Shown: piece by piece, positions 1 to 12,074 of the stretch
Layout of the letters: each line of letters opens with the position of its first letter
Numbering within the stretch: the stretch's first letter is position 1
Assembly: GCA_028534125.1 (NCBI GenBank)
Contig: CM052816.1
Location: forward strand, 11,968,001-12,032,000
DNA length: 64,000 bases
From: Lama glama
Taxonomy: Eukaryota
Reading direction: 5' to 3'
Position numbers and translations under genes: made by a program
Notes under the pieces: generated by a model
The model's database searches: none
Told to the model about the DNA's origin: nothing
Seen by the model: the letters and a program-made list of their open reading frames with translations, nothing else

Positions 1-151
1 TTAATCTGCATTATTTTTAAGATTCCACATATATAGTATATGTCTTTGACTCATTTCACTAAGCATAATATTCTCTAGGTCCATCCCCTTTGCTACAAAT
101 GACAAATCATCATTCTTTTTTATGTCAGAGTAACATTCCACTGTGTGTGTG

Positions 152-191
<40 letters not shown>

Positions 192-995
192 TATACCACA
201 TCTTTATCCATTCATCTGTAGGTGGATACTTGGGCTGCACTGTTATAATCTTGGCAGTTGTAACAGTGTTGCTGTGAACATTGGGATGCATGTATCTCTT
301 CAAATTAGTGTTTTCATTTTTTATGGCTATATACCCAGGAGTAGAATTGCTGGATCATACGGTAGTTCTATTTGTTTTTTGTTTGTTTTTTGAGGAATCC
401 CTGTAATGTCCTCCATAACAGCTACACCATGTTACATTTTCACAGTGTATAACAGTTCCCTTTCCTCTGCATCCTTGCCAACATTTGTTATTGGTACATT
501 TTTGATGATAGCCATTTTGACAGGTGTGAGGTGATATCTTGTCATGGTTTTGATTTGCATTTCTCTGATAATTAGCGACGCTGAGGACCTTTTCGTGTGC
601 CTATTAGCCATTTGTATGTCTTGTTTAGAAAAATGTCTATTCAGGTTTTCTCCCCATTTTTGATGCTGTTTATTTTTTTGATATTGAGTTGTATGAGCTA
701 TTTATATATTTTGGATATTAACCCTCTGGTCATATTGTTTGCAATGTTTTCTTTCATTTGGTAGATTGTCTTTCGTTTTGTTGATGGTTTCCTTTGCTGT
801 GTAAAAGCTTTTAAGTTTAATTAGGTCGCATTTGTTTATATTTGATTTTCTTCCTTTTGCCTTAGGCGACAGATCTAGAAAAATATTGCTACAATTTATG
901 TAAAAGTGCCTGTTTTCTTTTAGGAGTTTTATGGTTTCATGTCCTACATTTAGGTCTTCAACCATTTTGAGTTTATGTTTCTATATGGTATGAGG
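1..995 (-). mobile_element. LINE-1 fragment: ORF2 C-terminal region running toward the 3'UTR (continues left of the window)
   Basis: Minus-strand translations give L1 ORF2 motifs (INKCDLIKLKSFYTAKETINK; DEWIKMWY; MDLENIMLSEMSQ), with stops and frameshifts. Confidence 0.92.
155..187. repeat. (CA)n microsatellite inside L1
   Basis: Directly visible AC run of ~33 bp. Confidence 0.95.
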
Positions 996-1428
996 TCCAG
1001 ACCCACACTAAAAATATCATAATTTAAAATAACAAAAGTTAAAGAGAGAATTCTAAAGGCACTAACCAAAAACAAAGAATCATATACAAGGGAACCGCCC
1101 ATAAGATGATCAACTGATTTCTCTGCAGAAATTTTACAGACCAGGAAGGACCAGCATGATACATTCTAAATGCTCAAAGGGAAAAAATCCCAACCTAAGA
1201 TACTCTGCACAAAAGATTATATCATTTAGAAGAGAAGAAGAAAGAACAACTCAGACAAGAAAAAAACCTAAAATAGTTCATCAATACTGTTTGCTAAATG
1301 TACGTTACAAGAAATGTTGAAAGGTATTCTCTAAATGGAAAAGAAGTAAAAACCTATAGGAAAGGAAAACTACCACCAGGAAAGGCAGATCTATAGTCAC
1401 GACTGAGGATCAACTACTTCAGTCAGCC
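996..1428 (+). mobile_element. LINE-1 ORF1 3' half plus start of the inter-ORF spacer, inverted relative to the flanking L1 pieces
   Basis: tacaagggaaccgcccataagatgatcaactgatttctctgcagaaattttacagaccagga...caacctaagatactc matches the ORF1 YKG.PIRL.ADFSAETLQAR...QPRIL region. It is homologous to 10820-10945 and 33510-33640 in this window. Confidence 0.85.
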
Positions 1429-1429
1429 A

Positions 1430-1733
1430 GGACGGGGACGCCCAGGCTGGGGCTCCGCCTGTCCACTCCCCAGGTCAGGTGTCTACCCATGCAGTCTCCT
1501 TCTTCCTCTGAGTTTTCTCCCAGGGGCACAGGCCCTGACCAAATTAATTTTCTTCCCCTCGAATCCAATTACATGTGCGTCTTTCTTACAGCCAGCTTGT
1601 ACAGCAGTCCTTCTGCCACTCTGCATTTAGTTTTCAGGGACAACTATTTTCACATGCAGGTGTGTTTTTGATGTGCTTGTGGGGAGGAGTTGAGCTCCAT
1701 GTCCTGTTAGTCTCTCTTCTTGATCTCTCTCTC
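1430..1733 (-). mobile_element. LINE-1 extreme 5' end / 5'UTR
   Basis: Reverse complement begins gagagagatcaaga...ggacatggagctcaactcctccccacaagcacatcaaaaacac...ggcagaaggact. This resembles recalled cetartiodactyl L1 5' termini and the 5' end at 8705-8900. Confidence 0.75.
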
Positions 1734-2912
1734 GGATGTGATTTTAAACGTAATTTTTAAACTTTGTCTTTCTGATAGTTCACTGTTAGTGTATAGAAAA
1801 GGAACACGTTTCTGCATATAAGTTTTGCATGCTGCAACTTTGCTGAATTCAGTTACTAGTTACAATAGTTTGTGGGTGGAGACTGTAGGGTTTTCTGTAT
1901 AAAGCATCATGTCATCTGCCATAAGTGACAACTGTACATCTTTCTTTCCAATCTGGCTATGTCTTACTTCTTTTTCTTGTCTCACTGTGGTTAGGCCTTC
2001 CAATACTACATTAAATGGAAGTGGTGAGAGTGTGCATCCTTGTCTTGTTCTTGAATTTAGAGGAAAGGCTTTCTGCTTTTCACCATTAACTATGGTGTTA
2101 TGTCATAAATGGTCTTTATTATGTTAAGGTATATTCGCTCTATGCCCACTTTGATGGGAGTTCTATCATGAAATGGATGTTGACTAACTTTTGCTACATG
2201 CTTTTTCTGCATCTATTTAAATGATTATGTGATTTTTACTTTTCCTTGTGTTAATACAGTAGATCACACTGATTGACTTGTGAATACTGAACCACCCTTG
2301 TGTCCCTGGAATAAATCACACTTGATGCTGGTGCATGACCCTTTTTATATATTATTGGATTCTGTTTGCTAATATTTGGTTGAGGATTTTTGCATCTATA
2401 TTCATCAAGTAAAGTGGCCTGTGATTTTCTTTTTTTGCATTGTCTTTATCTTTTTTTGTTATCGGGGTAGCAGTGGCCTTGTCAAGGGAATTTGGGAGTG
2501 TTTTGTCCTTTACAGTCTTTGGACTCATTTGAGAAGGACAGGTGTTAGTTCTTCTACGTGTGTTTGGTAGAATTCCCTTGTGAAGGTGTCCAGTCCTGGA
2601 GTTTTGTTTGTTGTGACTTTTTAAATCACAAATTCAACTTCAATACTAGTTATCAGTCTGTTCAAATTGTCTGTTTCTACTTGACTCAGTCTTGGGAGCT
2701 TGCATGTTTCTAGAAACATTTCGTCTAGGTTGTGCAAGTTTTTGGCATGTAACTATTCATAGTATTCTCTTATGATTTTTTTGTATTTCTGTGGTATTGG
2801 TTGTTACTTATCTTTCATTTCTTTTTTAATTTATTTGAACCCTATTTACTTCTTGGTGAGGCTGGATAAAAGTTTATCAGTTTTGTTTATCTTTTCAAAA
2901 AAATCCCTACTC
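1734..2912 (-). mobile_element. LINE-1 ORF2 fragment (reverse-transcriptase region)
   Basis: Reverse complement contains decayed [15 protein letters not shown] and (F/M)ADDMMLY RT motifs, plus the HQVGFIPG-like region. Confidence 0.92.
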
Positions 2913-3591
2913 TTTGATAAGATAATCCAAATGAGGGAAATAAAATCTACTTCTCATCCTAACTTCCATCCAACTAACAGTGATTTGGTGTCTATTTTGT
3001 TCTAGACACCATGCTGGATTCTGAAGGGACAAAGGGAAAGTGTGTAGCTCTTTTCCCTAAAGCATTAACTACTGAGTAGATGAGAGAAGCCAGTGAGTCC
3101 CAGGAGCTCTTAGAGGCTAGGGAGACACACATAGCAGCATCCTGAACAGTGGTGTGTGAGTAGCACTTCCAAGACATAGTGATGTCTTGAAATGTAAATG
3201 GGACTTATCATGAAGAGAAGAGAAATGGGAAAATTGGCAGGGATAAGGTGGGGACAGGCAAAGAAAAGCATTCTAGACTGAAGTTACGGTATGTGCAAAG
3301 CTTAGAGGTGAGAAAGATCGTGGCCCTTTTGTTGTGTTTCCTTGTGGCCAGAGAATAAGCTGGGTGCAGAGGCAGGAGACAGCTCTCTGAAGAGCTCTGG
3401 ATTACAAGATGAAATGTATTCTCAAGAGACTGTAAAACTATGGAAAGAAACAAGGAATGCAGCATTTCAGTGAGAGGCCATCTTTCAATAAGTAATGTCT
3501 CAGTCTTTCAGATGCTTTAAGCTAAAAGAATAAGATTCTGATCACATATTAAAATATTCTTTTTAGAACCTGACCTTCATTAACTAACATC

Positions 3592-3830
3592 TGTCAAAGA
3601 AAAATTGCACCAGACCAGTTAAATAGGTTAGGAAGACTTTAAGACTGCTGCAGGAGAGAGAGAGACTGAACTCTCCTCTCCTGAAACAAAAGACAGGAGG
3701 GTGTTTAAGCACTTGGTGAACTAGGGGAAAGGTGCTGGCTGGACACTAAGGGAGTGTCTGGTCACTGTGATTAGACCACGCATGTTCCCTTACCGGTGCT
3801 TATCAGAGTTAGGCTCCTACCCTTCCGCAA
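3592..3830 (-). mobile_element. ERV1-type solo LTR fragment (family not certain)
   Basis: Starts tgtcaaagaaaaaattgcaccag...ggaagacttt...gagagactgaactc...gttaggctcctaccct, which resembles a recalled ancestral eutherian LTR consensus. Confidence 0.5.
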
Positions 3831-3879
3831 AACAAAACACCAGTGAATTTAAGTCATAGTAACTAGGGTGGCAGAAAAA

Positions 3880-4075
3880 GCCTGGCTTTTTGTCTACAGG
3901 CAAATCTTGATTCTTATCTCTGTGCTTCAGCTACTTGACCATGGATGCATTACTTAATCTCATGGATCCTGTCCTTTTATCTATAAAATAGATGACATAT
4001 TTTATAGATATTTTGTAGGGGTGATCTGAGTATTTAGAAATCATGCAAATATAGTATTTAATACATAAAAGTAGC
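3880..4075 (+). mobile_element. MIR SINE (degenerate)
   Basis: ttgaccatggatgcattacttaatctc...ttttatctataaaatag resembles the MIR core. Confidence 0.55.
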
Positions 4076-5109
4076 TTTCTAATTTTTATCATATGAATAT
4101 TTGGGTAAATAAGGTTAAGTGCCTGAGATTTTTAATCTTCAATCAACTATAGAAGCTATGGGGGTATCATACTTGTCAATGGAAGTGCTGCTTCTATTCC
4201 TATTCTGTGATGTTTTGGATACAAAGTTATTCACAAGCACAATGTGAAGTGAGAACGCAGTGTGCAGAGAAAGCATTTGTTCATTTGGGATGGTGTCTTC
4301 TGTGTATCTCAGTCAGTTTAGGGTTCCCTTCAGCTGTGTCACAGGCAGAAGGCTGTCTCAAGGGCACAATGGGAGTAGATGGACAGACATACTGATGTAT
4401 CAAATGTAAAAGCCCAGGGAAATGATAAAAGTGAGAAGATTTAAAAAACAATGAGGTGGCTCACTGATCCTCTGCTCTCACCTTTTAGGTATATTGTTTC
4501 CATACCCAAAACAGTCACTGCAATCAGTAATGGAAGTACCTCCATTTGAAATAATGTATTCTAGTTGTATCACAACAAATTTCAATGGAATTTTTTTTTC
4601 CCAAGGAGAATTTGCAAAGCATAAGCAAGAAAAGAGCAATTAGGGATTCAGAAACCAGTCCACGTGCTGCCCTCAGTAGCATCTATGTCGCCAAGGGCCA
4701 CATTTTCCTTTTCAATCTTTAAACTTAAGTCCCTTTTATTCATATGCCTTCAGCTCTTCTCATTTTAATGGACTATTTCACCACATCTTAAAAAACGTAT
4801 CTCTTGAAGATACAACTGTCTGCTCTGCTTCGAATATTTTCATTACATTTTTATTACAGTCTTGGTTCAAGAGAAGTTTTATACCTAATTTGGAGGACCT
4901 GCCCTGTCAGTTTCATTTTCCTCCAGGACTTTTATCGGGCTAATTTGATTCAAGTATGAGTTCTTCTTTGTAAATCCAAAGCACTCTTTTATTTCTCTTA
5001 CTTGTAAAAAAAAAAAAAAAGATTCTTTCTAAAGCTTGTGGGCTCTACTCCAGCCTTCCCTCTCTTCTTCCTAAAGAATCTCATCTACCTTGCATTATAT
5101 AACAAACAT

Positions 5110-5285
5110 CTAATCTACTCAATAAATACTTATCGAGCACCTGTAATGTGTCAGCAATACTAAGAAAACCCCTGACCTCAAGAAGATCATACTTTATTAG
5201 TGGACAGTCCTATGAAAGCAAATAAATACAATGCATTAATGTGAGCGCTGTAATGGAGCTGTGTTCACAGTGCTCTGGAAGCAGT
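5110..5285 (-). mobile_element. L2 3' end fragment
   Basis: ctcaataaatacttatcgagcacctgtaatgtgtcagca...cctgacctcaagaagatcatac is the reverse of the L2 3' terminus. Confidence 0.65.
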
Positions 5286-5497
5286 ATCACGTAGGAGAGA
5301 AGTCAGACGTTTTATAAACTGGATGTTATTAGACTACACTAAGGGGGGGGCACTCTGAAGGACATCTATAGTGAATCTTTTAATTCATGAACTAATCGGT
5401 TTTAAAATTATATGTAAGCATATATGTAACATATACAGACATATATATATATGTAATTTTCACATTTTGAGATCTAGATTTGCTTAAGCTCAGACAT

Positions 5498-5750
5498 CAG
5501 TTGTCTCCAAACTGCATGCTTTAAAGAATAATCCCACCTGTTATTCAAAGAAAAGAGTTTCAGAAGTAAAGCGTTCACTGTTGTTGGCACATGAATGCAC
5601 AGGGCACACTAGTGTATTTAAAGGTTTTTAATTAACTCTGGTAGCCCAGCATTTCCTAATTTACTTGTTCACGATACTTTTTCTTTTGTCATCAACTGTT
5701 AGCAGCCCAAGAACTAGTATTCTAAGGAATACACTCCGAAAGATGTTCTT
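5498..5750. mobile_element. hAT-Charlie MITE, MER103C-like
   Basis: Terminal cagttgtctccaaact...; internal cagcatttcctaatttacttgttcacg and gaactagtattctaaggaatacact resemble MER103C. Confidence 0.5.
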
Positions 5751-7294
5751 TTACAGAACTATTCAACTTGAAAGTCAGCAGAAAATGCTGGACCAGTCCG
5801 GGCAACCAGACAGTGAGTTGCAATGCCTTAAGAAGGCATCTTCTAGTATCAATTCATACCATAACATCACTTTTAAAAGTCATTATAAAAGTAAAAGTTT
5901 GGAGAAATATAAAAGGAAAAAATAAATCACCAACTGCCTTACCACCCAGAAATAACTAGTATTAACATTTTGTATTCTTATTACCAGTCATTTTGCTGTT
6001 TACACATTTTGAAAACTAGATATAATAAAATATATACAAATTTCATATCTATCTTGCAGATTATACAGATAACCTATGTTCCCTGCAGAGCCACAGAGTT
6101 TAGGAATAAGATAAAAATCATGTGTAAGTCATAATTAACAAACCTTTTTACTTTTGATATTATATATATCATTTAAAAAATATTGATTTTACATGAAATA
6201 AAGGGAGAGACAAGGGCACGATCTTACCATAGGCTGCTTTGAGATGTACTAAAGGGAAGTAACTAGTGGCTAGAACACAGTGAAAACCGTAAGTATCTTA
6301 CATTTCTCTACAGAGTGAGGGGCATCAGAGATGTCTTCCAGTTAAAAGATTTCTGGCAGTGAATATAATCCCCAAGTGGGAGAAGGGGGTGGTCTAAGCA
6401 GCTCTGGCTGTACAACTGGACTCTCATATCTTAGGCAGTTCTGGTCTATATGGCTCAGAAATACTCCGTTTAACAGCCAGTCTGTTTGGATTTGGTTTTT
6501 CTCTCCGAGGTCTGGTGATCTGCACGTGGCTATCATTTAGCTTGGCAACTTAATTATATTGCTCTTCTGCAGTCAGCATCACTGTACCGTGAACAATTCC
6601 TGGGCAGCACCGCCTTTTGCTATTGTGGCTCTATTTCTCTCTCTGGCCACATTTCATGTTCCTGCCTGAACTGTTCGGGATTCTCAATTTGCTCAGTGGG
6701 TTGGCAGGCGTAATTTACAGGGCCACTGGCTAGCTATGGTTTAAAGCTACTTCAACCCTCAGCTTTCCGGCTTGGTGCCTCCCCTAGTCCCTGCACTCTC
6801 CAGTGCCCTCCTCCATTTCCAAATTTCCCTGTTTGTGTAAATAAAGCCAAAGTTAGCTGAGCTCGACCCCAATCCCTTTGCTGTCCCATGGGGAGCAGAA
6901 TAAGAGCATGTAACAGTTCAGAAAAAAATGCTGCTCAGAAAGGAATGAAGCCCAGAGAGACTTCAACTCAGCAGAGTGACTCTAATAACCAAGCATTCAG
7001 CCCATTTTCATCTCGATTTTAAATTTGGGGGAGTGTAAGCGTGTCACCCAGAGACCAGGTCAAATGAGAAGGCAACTAGACGATATGCCAGGATTTCTGG
7101 GGCAATCACAATGAGAAGACCATGGTGGAGGCTGGCGGACCTGCGGAGACCAGCAATAAGAAAACAATTTCTGAATACTGAACATTTACTTGTCCTGATA
7201 AGGGAACACTGACATACCTCTTCTGTCTTTAAAGTAAAATATTTGAGCTTCTTGTGTCAGGGAGCTGACATGCACCCAGGATCTTCTAAATCCA

Positions 7295-7500
7295 GGAACT
7301 GTGCTGGGCATTTTCTACAGGTTTTTTTTTAACCTGACTTTTACAACAGTTTTGCAAGAGTGATATTATTCCAACTTCACAGATGAGAAAAAGAAAGGGA
7401 ATCTCAGAGAGAATAATTAATAGATGGAAGTTCACAACTGTGGTAACTTGTAGACCTGAACTGGGATGGAGTCTGTGTCTCTAAACTCCATGTTTTTAGT
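7295..7500 (-). mobile_element. MIR SINE
   Basis: gtgctgggcattttc...attattccaacttcacagatgagaaaa...ctcagagag MIR core. Confidence 0.65.
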
Positions 7501-8624
7501 GCAGAAGCAGTTTTCTTGGTTTATAGACTTTGTGAGGACCTTATGAAAGTTTTGAATATTGAGCACAGAAAACTGCATTTAGGCCAACATTTTTATTTGA
7601 GGTCTATGGACTCCATGGTTAAGAAGCCCTTATTTTGCATCTATCCTTCCTGCTAAAAAAAGTAGGACTTAAAGTATAGAAGAATATACACTGTGATATT
7701 TTGGAATGGATGTGCCCCTTTCCAAGTGAAATTAACTCCTCATCAGAAATAGAGGGAGGAAATGATGAGAGTTGTGATGACCCTGCCTTTTGCACTCCTG
7801 ATATGTACACCCCAAATATCTGGGAATTAATGTTGTAGGAACATCCGTTATTGATGGCACTGTCTCTCTCTTTTTTTTTTAAACATTTATAATCTCTTTT
7901 CTACTTGAAACATCATGAAATGTGTTTGCTGCCAGTCTTATCACATCTTGTATGGAAAATGAAAAGACGTTTCCTTTCCCATATGTCATGATTCATGTTC
8001 TAGCTTTGTCCTCATGGAGTCTTTGGCAGGAGGACTTGTTATGGTAACTGAGAAGGGCAGGTAATACAAAAATACCCAGTTATCTTCTGAAGAGGGTATT
8101 CAGCATCCAGATGCACTGGAGAGATACAGGTGATTTCTGGCAAAGTTGGTTGGGACTGTAAACTTTACTCCACAGAGAGTTAAGAGAACCCTTCCCCACC
8201 CTGAATGTAAGTTATTCATGAGCTTGGGGATGGATGAAAGGCATATCATGGGCTTCAGAAATATAAAATGCCTAATGTTGTCTCCATGTCAAGGGGAAAC
8301 ACTTTTATCTTCATGAAAGAGAGAACAGAAAGAGAATGCTTCCCCCTCACCCACCAAAAAAAAAAAAAAAAAACTTCTGTATTTTCCATGACACACACAG
8401 TACAAAATGAGTTTTCTTCCTTCCTCCTCCAGCCTTACTTCCAAACATTTTGGAATCTTTATATTATAGAGTTAGGTTTGTTTTTTTAAAAAAAGCATTA
8501 AATGGGAAACAATGTTTAAAATGTACATAGTGATACTGTATGACACTTGTTTACCTATTCTAACAGTGTCTATCATAGTTTGTTTCCTCTGTCATTGGCA
8601 TCATAAAATTACATTCTACTAAGT

Positions 8625-8700
8625 AAAAATAACAAGCACTGTTATTTATTGATGCCAATTTTATGCCAGACACTGTGCTCAAAGCCCCTGTTTAATTTAC
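8625..8700 (-). mobile_element. MIR SINE, left half (split by the L1-derived element)
   Basis: atttattgatgccaattttatgccagacactgtgctcaaagc; continues after 11860. Confidence 0.6.
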
Positions 8701-8704
8701 TGCT

Positions 8705-11700
8705 TCCGGGGATCAGCCTAGATAGTGGAGTAGAAAGACCCAGAGCTCACCTCCTCTCAGAGGCACACCGATATTACAACTGTGTACACAACACTCATTG
8801 CAGAAATAGGCTGGAACCTACCAGAAAAGATCTTCTGCAACTAAAGATACAAAGAGGGAACCACAATGAGACAGGTGGGAGGGACAGAGCTGCAGTATAG
8901 TCAAGACCCCTACCCCAAGTGGGTGAGACACCAATAGCAGAATAATTAAAATTGCAGACATTCTTCCCAAGGAGCAAGGCATCTGATCCCCACATTGGGC
9001 TCCCCAGCCTAGAGGTCCTGCACTGGGAAGACAAACCCCTCGAACATTTGGTTTTGAAGACCAGTGGGCTTACTTCCAGAGATTGTGGAAAATAAAGACT
9101 CCACTCTTAAAGGTACCTGCAAAACCTCACATGCTCCAGGATCCAGGGCAGAAATACTGTCTTGAAAGGAGCCTAGACCAGACCTACCTGATCTTGGAGT
9201 CTCTGGGACAGGCAGGAAGGAACTGGAGCTCTCCCCTAGGGACACAGACACTGGCAGCAGCCACTCCGGGAGCTCCTTCTACCACGTGGACATGGGGGCT
9301 GGTGAGCACAATTTTGGATCCTCCCTCTAGCTTATCAGCCTCTACCTAGCCCCACCCCTGCCTAACAGCCTGGAGGCACCAGTACCAGGATGCCTCAGGC
9401 CAAGCAACTAACTGGGTGGGACATAGTCCCACTGACCAGCAGGCCAACTGCCTTAAGACCCTCTGAGTCCACAGTCACCCCTGGATGCGGCTCTGCAACC
9501 AGAGACCCTGGGACCCTGATCCACCCACCAGTGGGCAGGCACCAACCCCAGAATCCCTAGCCCCATCAACTAGCAAACCTGCTCTAGCCTTGGGACCACC
9601 CTTACCCACCAGTGGGTGGATACCAGCCCTAGGAAAATCATAGCCTGCAGACCCAGCCCACTCACCAGGAGGTCAGCACTAGCCCTGGGACTGATTGGGC
9701 CCTGGTCCCACCTACCAGGAGGCCAACAGAGGCCGGGGGACACCCTAGATTCTGCATCCAGCTGTGTCAGGAACCAGCCCCAACCACTGGTGGTCTGATA
9801 CCAGTTCTGGGACCCCTGGGCCCTGCAGCCAGATCCTCAGGCCCAGATCTGTCCACCAGTGGGCAGGCACCAGCCCTGGGCTGTCCTGAATCCCTAGGGA
9901 TCCCTGGGTTCCACAGCCAGCTGCCTCCTGACTCAGCCCTGCCAACCACTGGCTGGCAACCTCTGCACAAGGTAGAGCCTGGCAGCCAACCAGAACAGGG
10001 ACCACCTACAAGAGTGCCCACAGGAGTCAGCCTGCCACAATAGAAGGACCCATGCAGCCCACACAGGGCCACCCCGAGGGCGTACAGCTCTGGGTGTGTG
10101 CTGCTTGGAAGCACAGGACATCTAAAAAAGGCCACACCTCCTAGACTGGGAAATGTAACCAAAATGTCGGATACACAGAAGTAAAAAACAGCAAGTTGGG
10201 CAAAATGTGGTGACAGAAGAACATGTCACAAACAAAGGAACAAGGTAAAATCCCAGAAGAGGAACTAAGTGAAGAGGAGGTAGGCAATCTGAGAAACTGT
10301 TCAGTCTTGATTGTAAAGGTGATCAGAGAACTTGGGAGAAGAATGGAAGAGGAGAAGAAGCGTTAGAAAATATAAAGGACAGCCAAATGGAGATGAAGGA
10401 CACAGGAACTGGAATGACACTACACTAGCAGACCATGTGACACAGAGACATGGGTCAGCAAGCTGAAACACACAGTAGAAGTTACTGAAGTCGAACAGAA
10501 AAAAGAATAAAAAGAAATGAGTACAGTTTAAGAAACCCCTGGGACAACATCGAATATACTAACATTCACAATACAGGAGCCACAAAGGAGAAGACAAGGG
10601 GAGTGGCGGACAATGTATTTGAGGACATCATAGCTGAAAACCCTAACATGGGAAAGGAAACATATCCAAGTCAAAATAGCACACAGTCCCAAACAGAATC
10701 AATTTTGAATGACTCTAGTGTACACCTGAACACACACCAAAACACGTTGTAATTAAAATGGCAACAATTAAAGATAAGACAGACTATAAAAAGCAGCAAG
10801 GGAAAAGCAACGATTTATATACAAGGGAGCTACCATAAAGCTTCAGCTGACTTTTTAGCGGAAAATCTGTAGGCCAGAAGGGAGTGGCACAAGACATTTA
10901 AAGCAATAAAAGGGACACACCTACAACCAAGAATACTCTACCCAGCAATGCTCTCACTCACATTTGGTGGAGAAATAAAAGGTTACAAATAAACGCTGAA
11001 AGAGTTCAGGGAAAAGTGGACAGCTGCATGTAGAAGAATGAGATGAGAACATTTCCTCACATCATATACAAAAATAAACTCAAAGTGGATTAAAGACCTA
11101 AACATAAGGCTGGAAACCGTAAAACTCCTATGAGAGAACATGAGCAGAAAACTCTTTGACATAAATTGTAGCAATATTTTTTTGGCTCTGTCTCCTATGT
11201 AAAAGGAAAGGAAATAAAATTAAACAATTGGGACCTAATTAAACTTAAAAGCTTTTGCACAGTGAAGAAAGCCATTGACAAATCAAAAAGACAACCTCCT
11301 AAATGGGAAAAAAAACTTTGTAAATGATATCACTGACAAGAGGGTTGGTACTCAAAATATATAAACAGCTTATATGGCTCAATGTCAAAAAACCAACGAC
11401 CCAACTGAAAAATGGGCAGAAGACTGGAACAGACATTTCTCCAAAGAAGACAAAGATGGCCAACAGGCACATGGAAATATGATCAACACTGCTAATCATC
11501 AGAGAAAATGCAAATCAAAACCCCAGTGAAATACTGTATGTTATCACTTATATGTGGAATTGAAAAAATAAAACTTGGGGATATAACTAAATAGAAACAG
11601 ACTCACAGACGTAGAGAACAAACTAGTAGTTGCCATTGGGGAGAGGGAAGGGGGCAGGGTCAAGATAGAGGTAGTGGATTCAGAGGTACAAACTAATATG

Positions 11701-11859
11701 TATAAAATAAGCAACAAGGATATATTGTACATCAGGGAATATAGCTAATATTTTGTAATAACTATAAATGGAGCATAATATATAAAATTTTTGAATGACT
11801 CTAGTGTATACCTGAAACTAATATAATATTATAAATCAGCTGTACTTCAATTAAAAAAA
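8705..11859 (+). mobile_element. Internally deleted (half-L1/HAL1-like) LINE-1: 5'UTR + ORF1 + short ORF2 C-terminal piece + 3'UTR + A-tail
   Basis: 5' end with gatagtggagtagaaagacccagagctcacctcctctc. GC-rich 5'UTR to ~10170; decayed ORF1 ~10200-11008; abrupt switch to ORF2 (WTAACRRMR...[13 protein letters not shown]) at ~11009; second jump at ~11530 to the 3'UTR; ends cttcaattaaaaaaa at 11845-11859. Confidence 0.85.
9430..9960 (+). repeat. Degenerate tandem units (ccaccagtgggc.g.caccagccc...) in the L1 5'UTR
   Basis: Recurrent motif near 9525, 9607, 9663, 9713, 9785 and 9853. Confidence 0.7.
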
Positions 11860-12070
11860 TTACTCCTGGGGACAGTGCTAGGAAGTAGGAGTTGATCCCC
11901 ATTCTCTATTTTACAGATGGAGAAACTGAGGCCCAGAGAGACAGAGTAGAAAATGTCAGACCAGTAGGCAACCAAATACAGCAGGATACAATACCTTAAG
12001 GTAACGTGTTTAGGTTACACTTGTCTAAGAGACAGTCACTGTTTATTCCTGGACCTGTGACTCCAGAGCT
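11860..12070 (-). mobile_element. MIR SINE, right half
   Basis: attttacagatggagaaactgaggcccagagag is the canonical MIR core. Confidence 0.75.
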
Positions 12071-12074
12071 GTGC

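Noticed and set aside
9430..9960. CRISPR-like or novel repeat array
   Set aside because: Units are degenerate and irregularly spaced and lie within an L1 5'UTR, where tandem units are usual. The DNA is mammalian.
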